The notes under the pieces are model-generated. The model did not search any database, was not told the origin of the DNA, and saw only the letters and a program-made list of their open reading frames with translations. The position numbers and the translations under genes were made by a program. A stretch of DNA of 64,000 nucleotides. It comes from Terriglobia bacterium (GTDB taxonomy: Bacteria; Acidobacteriota; Terriglobia; 2-12-FULL-54-10). This document shows positions 63,539 to 64,000 of this stretch, piece after piece; the first letter of the stretch is position 1; each line of letters begins with the position of its first letter. The stretch is from the NCBI GenBank assembly GCA_963666975.2, contig CAXVYR010000004.1, positions 832,001 to 896,000 on the forward strand, in the 5' to 3' direction.

Positions 63539-63999
63539 GTGCTGTAGAAGAAAAACTTCGGCAGATGGGCCTGGAGCTTCCGGACCCTCCGAAACCTGTG
63601 GCGGCTTACGTGCCGTGCATGCGCGCAGGAAATCTGCTCTTTGTTTCCGGGCAGGTTCCGCGCGTAAAGGGGGAATTGAAGTTCCGGGGCCATCTCGGCG
63701 GCGAGTTAAGCCTTGAGGAAGGAGTCCAGGCGGCGCGTCACTGCGCCTTGAATGCGCTCAGCGCAGTGAAGCAAGAGCTGGGGAGCTTCGACCGGATTCG
63801 CCGCATTGTCAAAGTCACAGGTTACGTTTCCAGCGCTGCCGGCTTCAACGACCAGCCCAAGGTCCTGGACGGGGCATCCTTGTTGCTGCATGAACTGCTG
63901 GGTGAAAAGGGCCAGCACGCCCGCGCCGCCGTGGGCGTCAATGAGTTGCCGCTCAATGTGGCGGTGGAGGTCGAAATGATCGTAGAGATAGAATCCTGA
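63535..63999 (+). CDS. RidA/YjgF family protein
   Basis: AAYVP, LFVSGQVP, GQHARAAVG, VEVE. Confidence 0.93.
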   Translation: MSAVEEKLRQMGLELPDPPKPVAAYVPCMRAGNLLFVSGQVPRVKGELKFRGHLGGELSLEEGVQAARHCALNALSAVKQELGSFDRIRRIVKVTGYVSSAAGFNDQPKVLDGASLLLHELLGEKGQHARAAVGVNELPLNVAVEVEMIVEIES

Positions 64000-64000
64000 G

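Overview
GC-rich bacterial chromosomal window. Gene style suggests Acidobacteriota (inference only). The housekeeping backbone carries groES/groEL with a perfect CIRCE, tRNA-Phe, ino1, a peptide/nickel-type ABC operon, lhr, leuCD, a Gld-like ABC system, a probably PPi-dependent PFK, polA, murJ and a Kef-type antiporter. Three decayed zones interrupt it. (i) 5.2-8.1 kb: an intact IS3-family element joins a truncated cheA to a BNR/Asp-box gene fragment. (ii) 12.4-16.9 kb: a degraded integrative, satellite-like element at tRNA-Phe with a frameshifted tyrosine integrase, a broken DUF3987 replication gene, an IS1595 fragment, a hairpin-dense leader and iteron-like repeats. (iii) 56.2-57.4 kb: REP elements, an IS5-like fragment, a reverse-transcriptase relic and an orphan antitoxin. 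The best hidden signals are a selenoprotein missed by the ORF track (peroxiredoxin-like, in-frame UGA in W-U-P-Y-C followed by a SECIS-like hairpin), a compact arginine decarboxylase / deoxyhypusine-synthase-like / ureohydrolase polyamine operon, a stand-alone divergent [2Fe-2S] ferredoxin + NuoF-like module, and several families of intergenic REP and short tandem repeats. No CRISPR array or rRNA was seen. All calls come from motif recognition by eye; no searches were run.
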